Source: Histomonas meleagridis 2922-C6/04-290x (lineage: Eukaryota; Protista; Parabasalia). From it: a stretch of 64,000 bases of DNA. Of this stretch, positions 54,418 to 64,000 are shown piece by piece. The stretch's first letter is position 1. Each line of letters begins with the position of its first letter. The translations under genes were made by a program, and so were the position numbers. A model generated the notes under the pieces. The model searched no databases and was not told where the DNA came from. It saw only the letters and a program-made list of their open reading frames with translations. The stretch lies in contig JAANOX010000002.1 in the NCBI GenBank assembly GCA_020184695.1, forward strand, positions 434,001-498,000, given 5' to 3'.

Positions 54418-55134
54418 TTATAGTGCTTCTTTCTCATACTCTTCAAGAAGCTTAGAAATAACATACTCATTTGGATCAAATACAAATGATTTATCAATTT
54501 CTTCATCTTGACATTTCGATTGTGGAAGCTTCTTAAACACATAGAGATGTATCATCTGTTTTTCATTTGTTGGGTTGTTAAACTCTGAAGTTTTTAGAAG
54601 TTCCCAGTTAAGCTTATTTCCAATAAATACTGAATTTGTGATGTTTGGAACAAAAAGCCCACATGTTAAAACAACAAGGAGACCACTGGTTTTTAGCGTC
54701 CTGGAGCATTCAAGGATAGTTGAATGTGTGAGATCTTTATAATCATCAGCACATAAAATAGCATCAATTGTAGCTTTATCAAAAATAACATCAAAGAATT
54801 CATCTTCATAATTAAGTTTAGCACAGTCCATTTGCTCCCATATAAGATTTTTCTCGTTTGAATATTTTTCTTTCATTTTATCAATTACAGATTTTGAAAT
54901 ATCAATATTATAAATTGATTTGAAATAGTCTTTCATATCATAGGGCATGCTGGAATTTCCACATCCAATGTTTAGAACAATCTCCTTATTTTTGCATATA
55001 TCTCCCAGTTTTTCATGAAGAAAATTCCAATCTAAATACCATTCATAATTTCCAGATGAAGCTTCATATACAGTTTCCCAGTATTCAGGGTTTCCAAAAT
55101 CTGCTTTTTCATCCTCTTGCAAGAGTGATGTCAT
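54418..55134 (-). CDS. Class I SAM-dependent methyltransferase (EEF1AKMT4/METTL13-N-like)
   Basis: FGNPEYWETVY...YEWY, LNIGCGNS, NIDIS, MDC, FDVIFDKATIDAILC. Confidence 0.85.
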   Translation of the reverse strand: MTSLLQEDEKADFGNPEYWETVYEASSGNYEWYLDWNFLHEKLGDICKNKEIVLNIGCGNSSMPYDMKDYFKSIYNIDISKSVIDKMKEKYSNEKNLIWEQMDCAKLNYEDEFFDVIFDKATIDAILCADDYKDLTHSTILECSRTLKTSGLLVVLTCGLFVPNITNSVFIGNKLNWELLKTSEFNNPTNEKQMIHLYVFKKLPQSKCQDEEIDKSFVFDPNEYVISKLLEEYEKEAL

Positions 55135-55442
55135 TTCTATTTTTTAATTGAATTGTTTACATTGCATCGTTGAAAGAAGAACTTCTTCTTCTTATCCTTG
55201 ATTGTTATTTTACTATGGTTGAAATAAACATAAAACAGTCGCAACCTTCTTATTTTTTCTTTTGGAAACCATGTATTTTTGATTTGAAAAATTAGTCAAT
55301 TACATTTTTTTTTATCATTTGTTATTCAGACAATTAATCCCAATAGCCATTAAATAAACCACGTAATTTGGGATTATTACTTCAACTTATTTCATTTTTG
55401 AAGTTGAATTTTTGGTCAAAAAAGTGACTTTTCATTGGCTGA

Positions 55443-57515
55443 ATGGATTTTTTGAATTCCCTTTCAGACCAACTCAATGATGATGATTTCGATCCAATTG
55501 AGATCCTTAACAATGCATTTCCAGATGAATCTTCTTTAGAATTTCTTACAAAAATTTCTGATGAAATTACAAATGAAATTGATTTTGTTGAATCAGAAAT
55601 AAAAAGCAACATAAGGCAATCATCTAAATCAGGTGAATCCACACGTTCTATTGTCGAAAATGTCAAAACGACAATTGATGACATTAATGAAAGAATCAAT
55701 TTATTACAATCACAAGCTAATGAAACAGAATTTGTTGTAAAAGATGTTTGTGGTAGTATCCGTAAGTATGATTGTGCTAAACATAATCTTACTCAATCAA
55801 TCACTGTTTATAAGCGGTTACAAATGGCAAGCACCGCAGTCACAGAATTAGAAATGATGTCAAAACAAAAAAACTACACAGAATGTGCTGATCGCCTTCT
55901 TGCTCTTACTACTCTTCTCGAGTTTTTCACAGATTTTGAAAAAAATGATATTCTCACAGATATTTATGACAAGTTTGAAAAGCTCAAGCGACAAATCCAT
56001 AATCAACTGTCCAGTGACTTTGAGTCAAAACTTTTTGGTCAAACAGTTGATCCTGCAATTACCAATGCATGTAAAGCTGTTGATGCCTTTGGTCCCACGT
56101 ATCGCACCGAAATCATCGAGATGTTCTGTACCCGTTTTTTAGATGGGTATTCTGAGACATTTTCCAATTCTAATCTTAGTGAAATTGATCGCCGCTATAA
56201 TTGGCTTAAGCAACGAATTGACTTTTATAATCTCGAGTATGCTAAGATCTTTCCAGCCGAGTGGCGTGTTCGATATTATCTTTCACGCATTTTTTGTGTT
56301 GAGACTAAAATCCAAATTCGCGACCTTCTTGCGCGAAAGAAGCCAACGCTCAAAGAGTTCCAACATGGCTTTGAGCAAACGGCAAAGTTTGAGCATATGT
56401 TATCCGAATCATTTGGTAAAGATGAGTCCAATGAAAACAAAGAAGTTGTCTGGAAGCCAGCAACAGAGTTCATTGGAATTATTGGCGAAGCGTTTGCTAA
56501 ACACACTGATTTATACATTTCGAGCGAAAGAGTACATCTTTCTAACCTTGTGACGAGAGCTAAAAACGCTCTAATCTCAAGGAAGAAAAGAGTTTTAATA
56601 GACTCCGATAATAAGTTGTTGAAAAGCGCAATAGAGTTAGTCCAAAGTATGAAAATATCAATCGAAAAATGCGGCGCTTTCTCTGTTGGCTCTGCGATTT
56701 TTGATTTGTTTTTTGTATTGAAAGATACAATTGTAAACTATACAAATGCTATCGGGGCGGTTATGCCTAACAAAATTCAATCGGACGCTGACTTACAATT
56801 AATGTGTATAATTTCCAATACAACGTTTTATTTTTCAACTGTTGTTGATGGATTAGCAGAAAGAATTGCAAAAGCAGTTAATGAAGATCAAAAGCCTTTA
56901 GTAAGAATTGATGATACAAAAGATCAATTATTAGATTCTGTAATTCGACAATTAAAAACTATATCGGCTGCAATCTGTGATGAAACAAAACCATTCTTAG
57001 ACGCAATAATTTCTGGTACTTGGGAAACTGGCGACGAAAAAACAAATTTCAAATTTCCCTTTCAAATTTGTGCGGTCATTGAAAAAGTGGTGCCCACTAT
57101 CAAAAAGTGGATTTGTGAGGAGAATTTTGCTTCTTTAAGAACAATATTTATTCCTGAATGGATATCCCAATATTTTAATGCAGCATTTAAATGTTCGATG
57201 CCATTAACTAATATTGGAACAGAAAGACTTTCAAAAGCTACAACTTCAATAAAGGCTGCAATGATCGAAAATTTTGCAGTCGGACTTAAAAACGAAGAAT
57301 TACACAAACAGTTAATCATCAAAGAGTTCTACTTGGTGGAAAATGCATTAACTGTGATTGCAAGTCCCGAAGCAGCGATGGCATTAATATACATCGAATT
57401 GTTCAAGAAGCCGACGAAGGAACAGTTCATGATGATTGTTAAGTCTAAGGGATTGTCCAGTTCGACCGAGTCAAAGCTGGCGAGCAACTACGATGCGGCC
57501 ATTAATAAAAAATAA
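55443..57515 (+). CDS. VPS53: Vps53 (GARP complex subunit)
   Basis: FDPIEILNNAFPDESSL, CGSIRKYDCAKHNLTQSITVYKRLQM, IDRRYNWLK...IFPAEWRV. Confidence 0.88.
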   Translation: MDFLNSLSDQLNDDDFDPIEILNNAFPDESSLEFLTKISDEITNEIDFVESEIKSNIRQSSKSGESTRSIVENVKTTIDDINERINLLQSQANETEFVVKDVCGSIRKYDCAKHNLTQSITVYKRLQMASTAVTELEMMSKQKNYTECADRLLALTTLLEFFTDFEKNDILTDIYDKFEKLKRQIHNQLSSDFESKLFGQTVDPAITNACKAVDAFGPTYRTEIIEMFCTRFLDGYSETFSNSNLSEIDRRYNWLKQRIDFYNLEYAKIFPAEWRVRYYLSRIFCVETKIQIRDLLARKKPTLKEFQHGFEQTAKFEHMLSESFGKDESNENKEVVWKPATEFIGIIGEAFAKHTDLYISSERVHLSNLVTRAKNALISRKKRVLIDSDNKLLKSAIELVQSMKISIEKCGAFSVGSAIFDLFFVLKDTIVNYTNAIGAVMPNKIQSDADLQLMCIISNTTFYFSTVVDGLAERIAKAVNEDQKPLVRIDDTKDQLLDSVIRQLKTISAAICDETKPFLDAIISGTWETGDEKTNFKFPFQICAVIEKVVPTIKKWICEENFASLRTIFIPEWISQYFNAAFKCSMPLTNIGTERLSKATTSIKAAMIENFAVGLKNEELHKQLIIKEFYLVENALTVIASPEAAMALIYIELFKKPTKEQFMMIVKSKGLSSSTESKLASNYDAAINKK

Positions 57516-57945
57516 ATTGTTTTCTAATTCAAAGCACATGATTTGTTCTCACGAATTTATACGAATTATTACAGCATTTTTCAGGAGGGAAGGAAAATAC
57601 GACAAATGGCTGCAACCAACAATTATCAATGCGGAATTTTCATGAATTTATAACAAATAAATTGGTGATGCTCTTATTTGCATTTATATTTCCTCTGCTG
57701 TTTTATTCCACAATACATTTCAAAAAGCAATTTCAAAAATTGCATAGCCAATGGTGAATTATATGCTAAGCTAAAAATCAGATATTTTAAAAGAAAATTA
57801 TTTAAACATCACATTCATTTTTATCTTTTATGACAAAATCAGAATTTGTTTCGTTAGCTTTATATCTGCTGATTAGAAGTTCACAAGATAAAAATTATTT
57901 AAATAATTTCATTCATTTTTATTTATTAATTCAAATTTCTACATT

Positions 57946-60900
57946 CTATTGATTACTAGCGCTAAATTTCATTGCCAAATCCTTAATATAAGCAATTCTT
58001 CCTGGTTCGTTACCATTCTTCTTTTCGAATTCCAGCCATTTCTTCAGCGTCACTCTCATTCTATCTGCGGACAACTGTGTGTTAGCCAATCTATCATATA
58101 TTGCTCTTGTGTGATTCACGTCGCCATATTTCGCTTCCATATCGATATAAACGCTCCAGAAGTCGTAAGACTTCGGCTTGTTTTGTAGCAATTGCTCGAA
58201 CAACGTTCTTCCCAACTCCAAATTGTTAAATCGAAACTCGAGAATAGCGAACTTCTCCATGAACCTCCATTGCTTTGGTGACTTTTGGTCAGCGAATGAT
58301 TGCAAACCTCTTTTATATTCATCCAACGCTTCTTGTTGTTTGTTTTCTTCCATCAAACAACGCAAGTAACGATTCCAAACCTTTAATGAACCTTTACATT
58401 GTTTTAATATTAATTTCCAAGCCTCATCAAAGAACTGTGGCTTATTTGCAGTAATAAATACACCGAAATGTATCCAAATATCCTTTTTCTTTGATGATTG
58501 TGCAGCCTTTTGTATTATTGGCTTAACTTCTTTCATAAAGTTTTCATTTGGTGTTGTTAATATAATTAAATTAATATATGTGATCCATATGTTATATTTC
58601 TCTTCTATATCACCAATTGGTAATTTATCAAGTGCACGTTCTGCTGTTTGTTTAGCTTCTTCTATTTGCCCATTTTCAAAATAGAATTCAATGAACTTAA
58701 CCCAGAGATATGATGAGTTCGGTGCTGCAAATAATAATTGATTAAACTCTTCAACTGTTTTGGGTGCTGTAGGATTAAGTTGTTTAGCTTCAAGTTGTGT
58801 AATTTGTTCTTCAGTAAGTTTTTGTTTCTTAGGTATAACTATAGTTTCTTTGTCTTCATCATTATTATCATCAAATTCTAAATCAATTTCATTAAGTTGT
58901 GGTTCATCATCTGATTCTGTAACTTCTTCTTCAACTTCTTCATTCTTTTCTTCATCAACTTTCTGCGCTTCGATTAACTTAAGATTAATTCTTTTCTTTT
59001 CTGGATCTATAGCTTCTATTTCTACTAATGCTTTCGATCCAATAAATGTCGACCATTCTTCATATGAGAAATTCTCGAATTTACTATGATGAATTAAACC
59101 ACTACATAAATGATAATCTAATAATGATACAAATACACCATTAGCATTTGCATTTGTAATAAATCCTTCAACTTTATCTCCAACTTTTAAGTCTTCAAAT
59201 GTTAATACTTTTCCATCAATATCTGATTTCCTTGAAGTTAAAATCATCTTTTCACCATCCATTCGATCTATTTTCACACGAATAACACTACCGATTGGAT
59301 ATAAATCAGTTGGATTACGTAAAAATGAATCCGCAATACGATTCTTTGGTAATAATCCAGTAATGCCTGTATCGATTCTAACTAAGAAGAAATTATCATT
59401 ATGTCTTACAACATAACCTTTTGTTACTAAACCTTCTTTAATTTCAATATTATTAAATTTACCTTCAAATGAAGATTGCTTTGTAGATACAAATTTAGAT
59501 TTATTTGGTATAGGTATAACATCAATAATTTGTCCTACTTTAAAGTTTTTAAGTGGATTAAACTTATATTCATCTGTTACATCAATTATATCTAACTTAC
59601 GTCTATCATTAATATCAAGTATTACTTCAGCATAATCACCTTGTTTAATTCGAATTACTTTAGCAAATGATATATTATTTTCATTATTAGGATCAATTAA
59701 TGTCATTACTATATATTGATTAGTAATATCTTTAACCCAACCATTAACTTTATCACCAATTTTAAAGATTTCATTTGTGGGCTTAGATATAAAGTTACGA
59801 TCACTATTTGATAATTGTAATATACTTAAACTACCATTAGTAAATGGAGTTAAACTTAATTTAACATAATCTTTCATTAATTTAGTTACAATACCTGTGA
59901 TTTCTTGACCTACATGGAAATCTTCTAAATGTAATGGTTGACTTGTATCGATATTTAAATATAATGAATTTTGTCCTGTTATTAATGTACCTGTAACATT
60001 ATCATTTTCTTGAATATCATCTGAAAGTTGTGACTTATGAACACGTGCAATTCTCATATCTTCTAATCTAACTATAGCATAAATATCTTCAACAGATTGA
60101 ATCCTTCCATTAACAACACTTCCAATATTATTTTGGAAATGAAATGAAGGTATACCAATATAAATCATATCTTTTTGTTCAACAACTTTAATAGAAACAT
60201 CAGAACCTATATGTATCGAACTTGTATAATCTTGTCGATTATTATAATTATTTAATGGTGCTAATATTATAATATTATTAAATTTGGTGATTAAAATTGG
60301 CTCACAAATAGCTAAAACTTTAGCTTGAATTGTTGAATCAATTTCTAAAATAGGATTATTCATTTCAAAATTATCTATTATTATAGTATTTGATAATACA
60401 TCAACATATGCGACATTACAACTTTCACCTTTTTCAAGTTTAATTGGTGATATAGCATTCCAATCTTCTTGATATTTATATATAAACATATTACCAAATG
60501 GTTGTGCTTCTTCTTCAATAGTAATTTCATCACCAATTGAACAGATAGGTGATAATTCTCGGCAATCTTTCATAAAGTTATATAAAAATCGAGAACTTTC
60601 TCCAAATGATGAAGGTAATGTTATACCAACTTTACCTTTTTCATTCCTTTCTATTACCGCATGAACAGATTCACCAACTTCCATTTGAATATTATGTGCA
60701 AGTCCTGAAGCTCGACCGAAAAATGATATAAATGAACCACAGTTTTGTGTTCCACTTACATAACCAAAATATGATTCACCTACTTGAATTTCTTCATTCG
60801 ATTTTGGTATTTCTTGAACTGTATCTCGAATACATCTCTTACGTGTAAGCATTGCTGGTGCCGAAATTCCTGGAAATCTTAATAATATACAATTATGTAA

Positions 60901-62718
60901 TCTACGGCCAATTCTAAGGTTATTAAATATTCGTTTTGATAATTCAATATGATCCGCAAAATGTGTACTTGGGATTATTGCATTAAATGTACCATATTTA
61001 GAAGGTAACGTAACTTTCGCTGCATCTTCTGTAAATCCTGAAACAGTTACTGTAAGTTTTAATCCTAAAGTTAAAATCGATTCATCATCAGCTGTAACTG
61101 TACAATTAATTTTGTCGCCATCAATACTGATAACTCTTGTCTTAATAACATGTCCTTCTTGATAAAATTTGGCCGCATTTGTCCCCTTTTCTAATGGTAA
61201 ATATGATGATGGAATCATACCAACAATATCATTATAAAACTCTACAAGTATTGCTGACTTATGTGCTTTTTTAACAATTGCATGTGTGAATTGTTTGCTC
61301 TCTAATAATTGATATGCATCTTCTAAACTCGTTATCTTTGGATATTGAGATTGAATAAGTTTTTCTTTGATCGCTATTTTAACTAGTCCTTTGTTAACTG
61401 ATAAAACTATGGCATTAACTTTTACACCTTTCTTAAGTTCAATTAAATTATCACAATATGGTGGATTTGCTAATGCTGTTAAAAATGGTGAAAGCTTGGC
61501 AAATACTCCAAACTTTGGATGAACTTGTTCAACAATAACTTCATATGTTTCTCCAACTTTTACATCTTCAGAACAAAATACTTCTAAATTAATAATTTCC
61601 GGGTCGTCTGTTGCAAAAACTAAGTCGTCAATTGCCCGACGTTCTGTAATACGTATTAAATGTTTATCACCTGCTACTAATGTTGTCTCACTTTTTGTTT
61701 GGTTTATGCTTATAAACGCACGCACCGTATCGTTCAATATTCCGCATTCAATACCAACATTTGAACGGATACGTAAAACATTTGACTCTTCTATCGACCC
61801 AAGTCTGACATCAAAGCAAAGCGGTTTTTGACCGTTTACAATTGTAGGAACTGTACTCATCCAAAGAGTCTTTTGTGCTGGATCTATTAATAATGGACGT
61901 GCTTGAACATGATCTCCAGAACTTTGACCGGCCACCCAAGAAAATTTAGAACATATTCCTTGGAATGATCCACCAACTAAAATTTTTAATGCACCATTGT
62001 CAATGTTACTTTGTACAACAGAATCTATGACTGCAAAGGGACGAATGTAATCAAAGTTACACGTTTTCATATTTAATGTTGGAATGAAATTATCAACTTG
62101 AAAAAGTTCTACACGAACAAGAGTGGGAGAACTAACTGCTGTAATTCTAACAATAACGGGTCTGCCAATAAGGTATTCTTGACTTGTAGGAAGAAATCCC
62201 TCAATTACATCATTTCCAATATCAACCATATAGCCATGATCAACTCTAGATTTAATGGCGCCATACATTATACTGTCTTCTTCAATTTTAATACCTGTGT
62301 TAAGAAGCGAAGGTTTAACAGAAAGTTCAACAGGATGAGTTCCTTGAGAAAGAACAACAGCTGTAACAAAATCACCAAATTGATAAAAATCTTCGAGTGA
62401 TGGTAATATTGGGCTTTGATTTTCTACGGCAAATTGCAATTTTTGAAGAAAATAATCGTTGATTTCTGTTAATAATAATACACCATGAAGTCCTCCTGGA
62501 AGATCCATGTAAACAACATCATCTTCAACAGAACGAACAGAACAGAGCGTAATACAGCCTTGATTATAATCAGATGCTTTCATTATTGAGGGGATTTTTG
62601 GTGAAAATTTTCTTGTGTGTTTTTGCTTCTTGGCTTTGTTTTTAAATCCAAAAACTTTCTTAGGGGTACTTCCAATTGTTATTTTTTGGCCATGGCCACG
62701 TGGAAGTGCTTCTTCCAT
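57946..62718 (-). CDS. RRP5: rRNA biogenesis protein Rrp5 (multiple S1 domains + C-terminal HAT/TPR)
   Basis: EEALPRG N-terminus, many S1 repeats, PNSSYLWVKFIEF...AERAL, FAILEFR...GRTLFE, WSVYIDME. Confidence 0.93.
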   Translation of the reverse strand: MEEALPRGHGQKITIGSTPKKVFGFKNKAKKQKHTRKFSPKIPSIMKASDYNQGCITLCSVRSVEDDVVYMDLPGGLHGVLLLTEINDYFLQKLQFAVENQSPILPSLEDFYQFGDFVTAVVLSQGTHPVELSVKPSLLNTGIKIEEDSIMYGAIKSRVDHGYMVDIGNDVIEGFLPTSQEYLIGRPVIVRITAVSSPTLVRVELFQVDNFIPTLNMKTCNFDYIRPFAVIDSVVQSNIDNGALKILVGGSFQGICSKFSWVAGQSSGDHVQARPLLIDPAQKTLWMSTVPTIVNGQKPLCFDVRLGSIEESNVLRIRSNVGIECGILNDTVRAFISINQTKSETTLVAGDKHLIRITERRAIDDLVFATDDPEIINLEVFCSEDVKVGETYEVIVEQVHPKFGVFAKLSPFLTALANPPYCDNLIELKKGVKVNAIVLSVNKGLVKIAIKEKLIQSQYPKITSLEDAYQLLESKQFTHAIVKKAHKSAILVEFYNDIVGMIPSSYLPLEKGTNAAKFYQEGHVIKTRVISIDGDKINCTVTADDESILTLGLKLTVTVSGFTEDAAKVTLPSKYGTFNAIIPSTHFADHIELSKRIFNNLRIGRRLHNCILLRFPGISAPAMLTRKRCIRDTVQEIPKSNEEIQVGESYFGYVSGTQNCGSFISFFGRASGLAHNIQMEVGESVHAVIERNEKGKVGITLPSSFGESSRFLYNFMKDCRELSPICSIGDEITIEEEAQPFGNMFIYKYQEDWNAISPIKLEKGESCNVAYVDVLSNTIIIDNFEMNNPILEIDSTIQAKVLAICEPILITKFNNIIILAPLNNYNNRQDYTSSIHIGSDVSIKVVEQKDMIYIGIPSFHFQNNIGSVVNGRIQSVEDIYAIVRLEDMRIARVHKSQLSDDIQENDNVTGTLITGQNSLYLNIDTSQPLHLEDFHVGQEITGIVTKLMKDYVKLSLTPFTNGSLSILQLSNSDRNFISKPTNEIFKIGDKVNGWVKDITNQYIVMTLIDPNNENNISFAKVIRIKQGDYAEVILDINDRRKLDIIDVTDEYKFNPLKNFKVGQIIDVIPIPNKSKFVSTKQSSFEGKFNNIEIKEGLVTKGYVVRHNDNFFLVRIDTGITGLLPKNRIADSFLRNPTDLYPIGSVIRVKIDRMDGEKMILTSRKSDIDGKVLTFEDLKVGDKVEGFITNANANGVFVSLLDYHLCSGLIHHSKFENFSYEEWSTFIGSKALVEIEAIDPEKKRINLKLIEAQKVDEEKNEEVEEEVTESDDEPQLNEIDLEFDDNNDEDKETIVIPKKQKLTEEQITQLEAKQLNPTAPKTVEEFNQLLFAAPNSSYLWVKFIEFYFENGQIEEAKQTAERALDKLPIGDIEEKYNIWITYINLIILTTPNENFMKEVKPIIQKAAQSSKKKDIWIHFGVFITANKPQFFDEAWKLILKQCKGSLKVWNRYLRCLMEENKQQEALDEYKRGLQSFADQKSPKQWRFMEKFAILEFRFNNLELGRTLFEQLLQNKPKSYDFWSVYIDMEAKYGDVNHTRAIYDRLANTQLSADRMRVTLKKWLEFEKKNGNEPGRIAYIKDLAMKFSASNQ

Positions 62719-62871
62719 TGTTTCTAAAATCTGTGGTCGTTGGGTAACTTGGCGTGCCCCGAAGCCGTTAAACCACTTTTTACTTGTTAAATGTGAGGTT
62801 AATTAACGTCTTTAAACGTTCGACTCACAATGTTTAGGGTGCTCCAATGAAAAAGAATTTTTTCTGTTTTC

Positions 62872-63450
62872 ATGGAAGCTCAAAGAAAGATCAGAATCCT
62901 TCTTTCTAGCAGTATAGATGGCCAAGGAATCACAGCTATTATTGACAGGTATATTACAGGAAAATTCATCCCTTCATTTGATCCTACAATTTCCAATACT
63001 TTTAAACATACACAAGTTATTGATAAACAAGAATACAACCTTGAGATTACAGAAATTTGTGATTTTTATCATTGCAAACGTTTTGTGGATTATGATGGTT
63101 TTCTTATCGTGTGTTCATTTATTGAAAGAGAATCTTTTTTGGATATTCCCAAAATGTGTGAAACAATCAAAAATGCCAAAGCTTTAAAGCATGTACCTAT
63201 TGTAGTAATTGCAAATAAGCTCGATTGTGAACCTCATCAAATCACAATATCTGAAATTAAGGAAATCATTAAAGATGAATCTATACCATTGTTTGAGACA
63301 TCTGCACTAACAGGGCAGGGGATAAATGAAGCATTCGAAAAACTTACAAGGATGATACTTGGTCAAAATCCACAATTAAAAAAAGAAAATAAGAAAATGG
63401 AAAATAAACAAAAAAATGTTGGTGCAGATGCAGTTTGTATAATACAATAA
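62872..63450 (+). CDS. Ras/Rap-like small GTPase with degenerate P-loop, CAAX (CIIQ)
   Basis: Effector region FDPTI, NKLD, ETSAL and CAAX are retained; G1 reads SIDGQGIT and G3 reads EICD. Confidence 0.8.
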   Translation: MEAQRKIRILLSSSIDGQGITAIIDRYITGKFIPSFDPTISNTFKHTQVIDKQEYNLEITEICDFYHCKRFVDYDGFLIVCSFIERESFLDIPKMCETIKNAKALKHVPIVVIANKLDCEPHQITISEIKEIIKDESIPLFETSALTGQGINEAFEKLTRMILGQNPQLKKENKKMENKQKNVGADAVCIIQ

Positions 63451-63842
63451 AATACCACATAATCTTTTGATCAAAATTTTTAATAAATCTTTCATTAGTT
63501 ACAAAAAATCGTAAATATTTTGAAATCGTAAATTTTATAAAATTTATGGTTAATATAAATTCATTGTTTAATATGTTTTTCTTTCTTTATTAAACAATAA
63601 ATAAGCTTTCTATTAGAGAAATCACTGAAAATTTGAACTTAAATTTCACAGCAAAGTTAAATTTTTCACTCCAAGCAAAACGTTTATCTCTTACTAGACC
63701 ACCCACTTGCTCGCTTGGAGCCAGAGAGCAAATTAGATTATATTTTTTGTCAAGCGCTAGCGTGTTTTCATATCACAAGAAAAATAGGGAAAACGTCTTT
63801 ATTTTTTCAACGATGGATCTGATTTACTAATTACCACGATTT

Positions 63843-63998
63843 TCATGAAAGACTCTTAACTGGCCAACAAAGTGAAATGCTAAAAATCAACGTTTGAAAT
63901 GTTATTGATAATTCAAAACCTCGTGCAAAGTAAACAAAGAACCCAAATACTTCACACGCTGGTTCCTTATCAGATGCAACCAGTGTAATTTTTATATG
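63843..63998 (-). CDS. Possible 3' end of a gene running in from beyond the window
   Basis: 52 open codons from the window edge (HIKITLVASDKEPACEVFGFFVYFARGF...) to TGA at 63843-63845. Confidence 0.3.
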   Translation of the reverse strand, partial: HIKITLVASDKEPACEVFGFFVYFARGFELSITFQTLIFSISLCWPVKSLS

Positions 63999-64000
63999 AT

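Noticed and set aside
63668-63720. Hairpin CTCCAAGC...GCTTGGAG as an ncRNA
   Set aside because: Only an 8-bp stem, with no recognisable snRNA, snoRNA or tRNA motifs.

Overview
This is AT-rich eukaryotic DNA that appears to lack canonical introns, most consistent with a parabasalid protist (Histomonas/Tritrichomonas-like). That assignment is inferred from the BspA and DUF3447-like/ankyrin families, the compact genes and Trichomonas-type M3/M5 promoter motifs. The core is ordinary housekeeping genes: SLC13 transporter, Vps41, Nup210, Prp22, RPS25, IFT27, MYST acetyltransferase, Vps33, Vps53, Rrp5, phospholipase B and two acid phosphatases. Two accessory loci stand out. (1) At 6820-10311 a DUF3447-like head ORF is followed by 12 single-ankyrin cassettes of 90 nt. 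Each is preceded, at the same beta-hairpin position, by a conserved 66-83 nt AT-rich spacer that breaks the reading frame and lacks a normal parabasalid intron signature. A diverged, colinear 80-nt copy lies on the opposite strand at 10577-10656. This suggests an undescribed recoding, non-canonical splicing or cassette-shuffling system. (2) At about 50360-52350 a decayed tyrosine recombinase sits directly upstream of a co-oriented, decayed CRESS-DNA-virus-type Rep (HUH + SF3 helicase), with iteron-like repeats between them and a pure (TAA)~160 tract downstream. This is a candidate integrative rolling-circle element. Several apparent pseudo-enzymes (PPP phosphatase, Ras-like GTPase, Nudix) and frameshifted surface or ankyrin-family genes are also present. 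All calls come from reading the sequence; no database searches were run.
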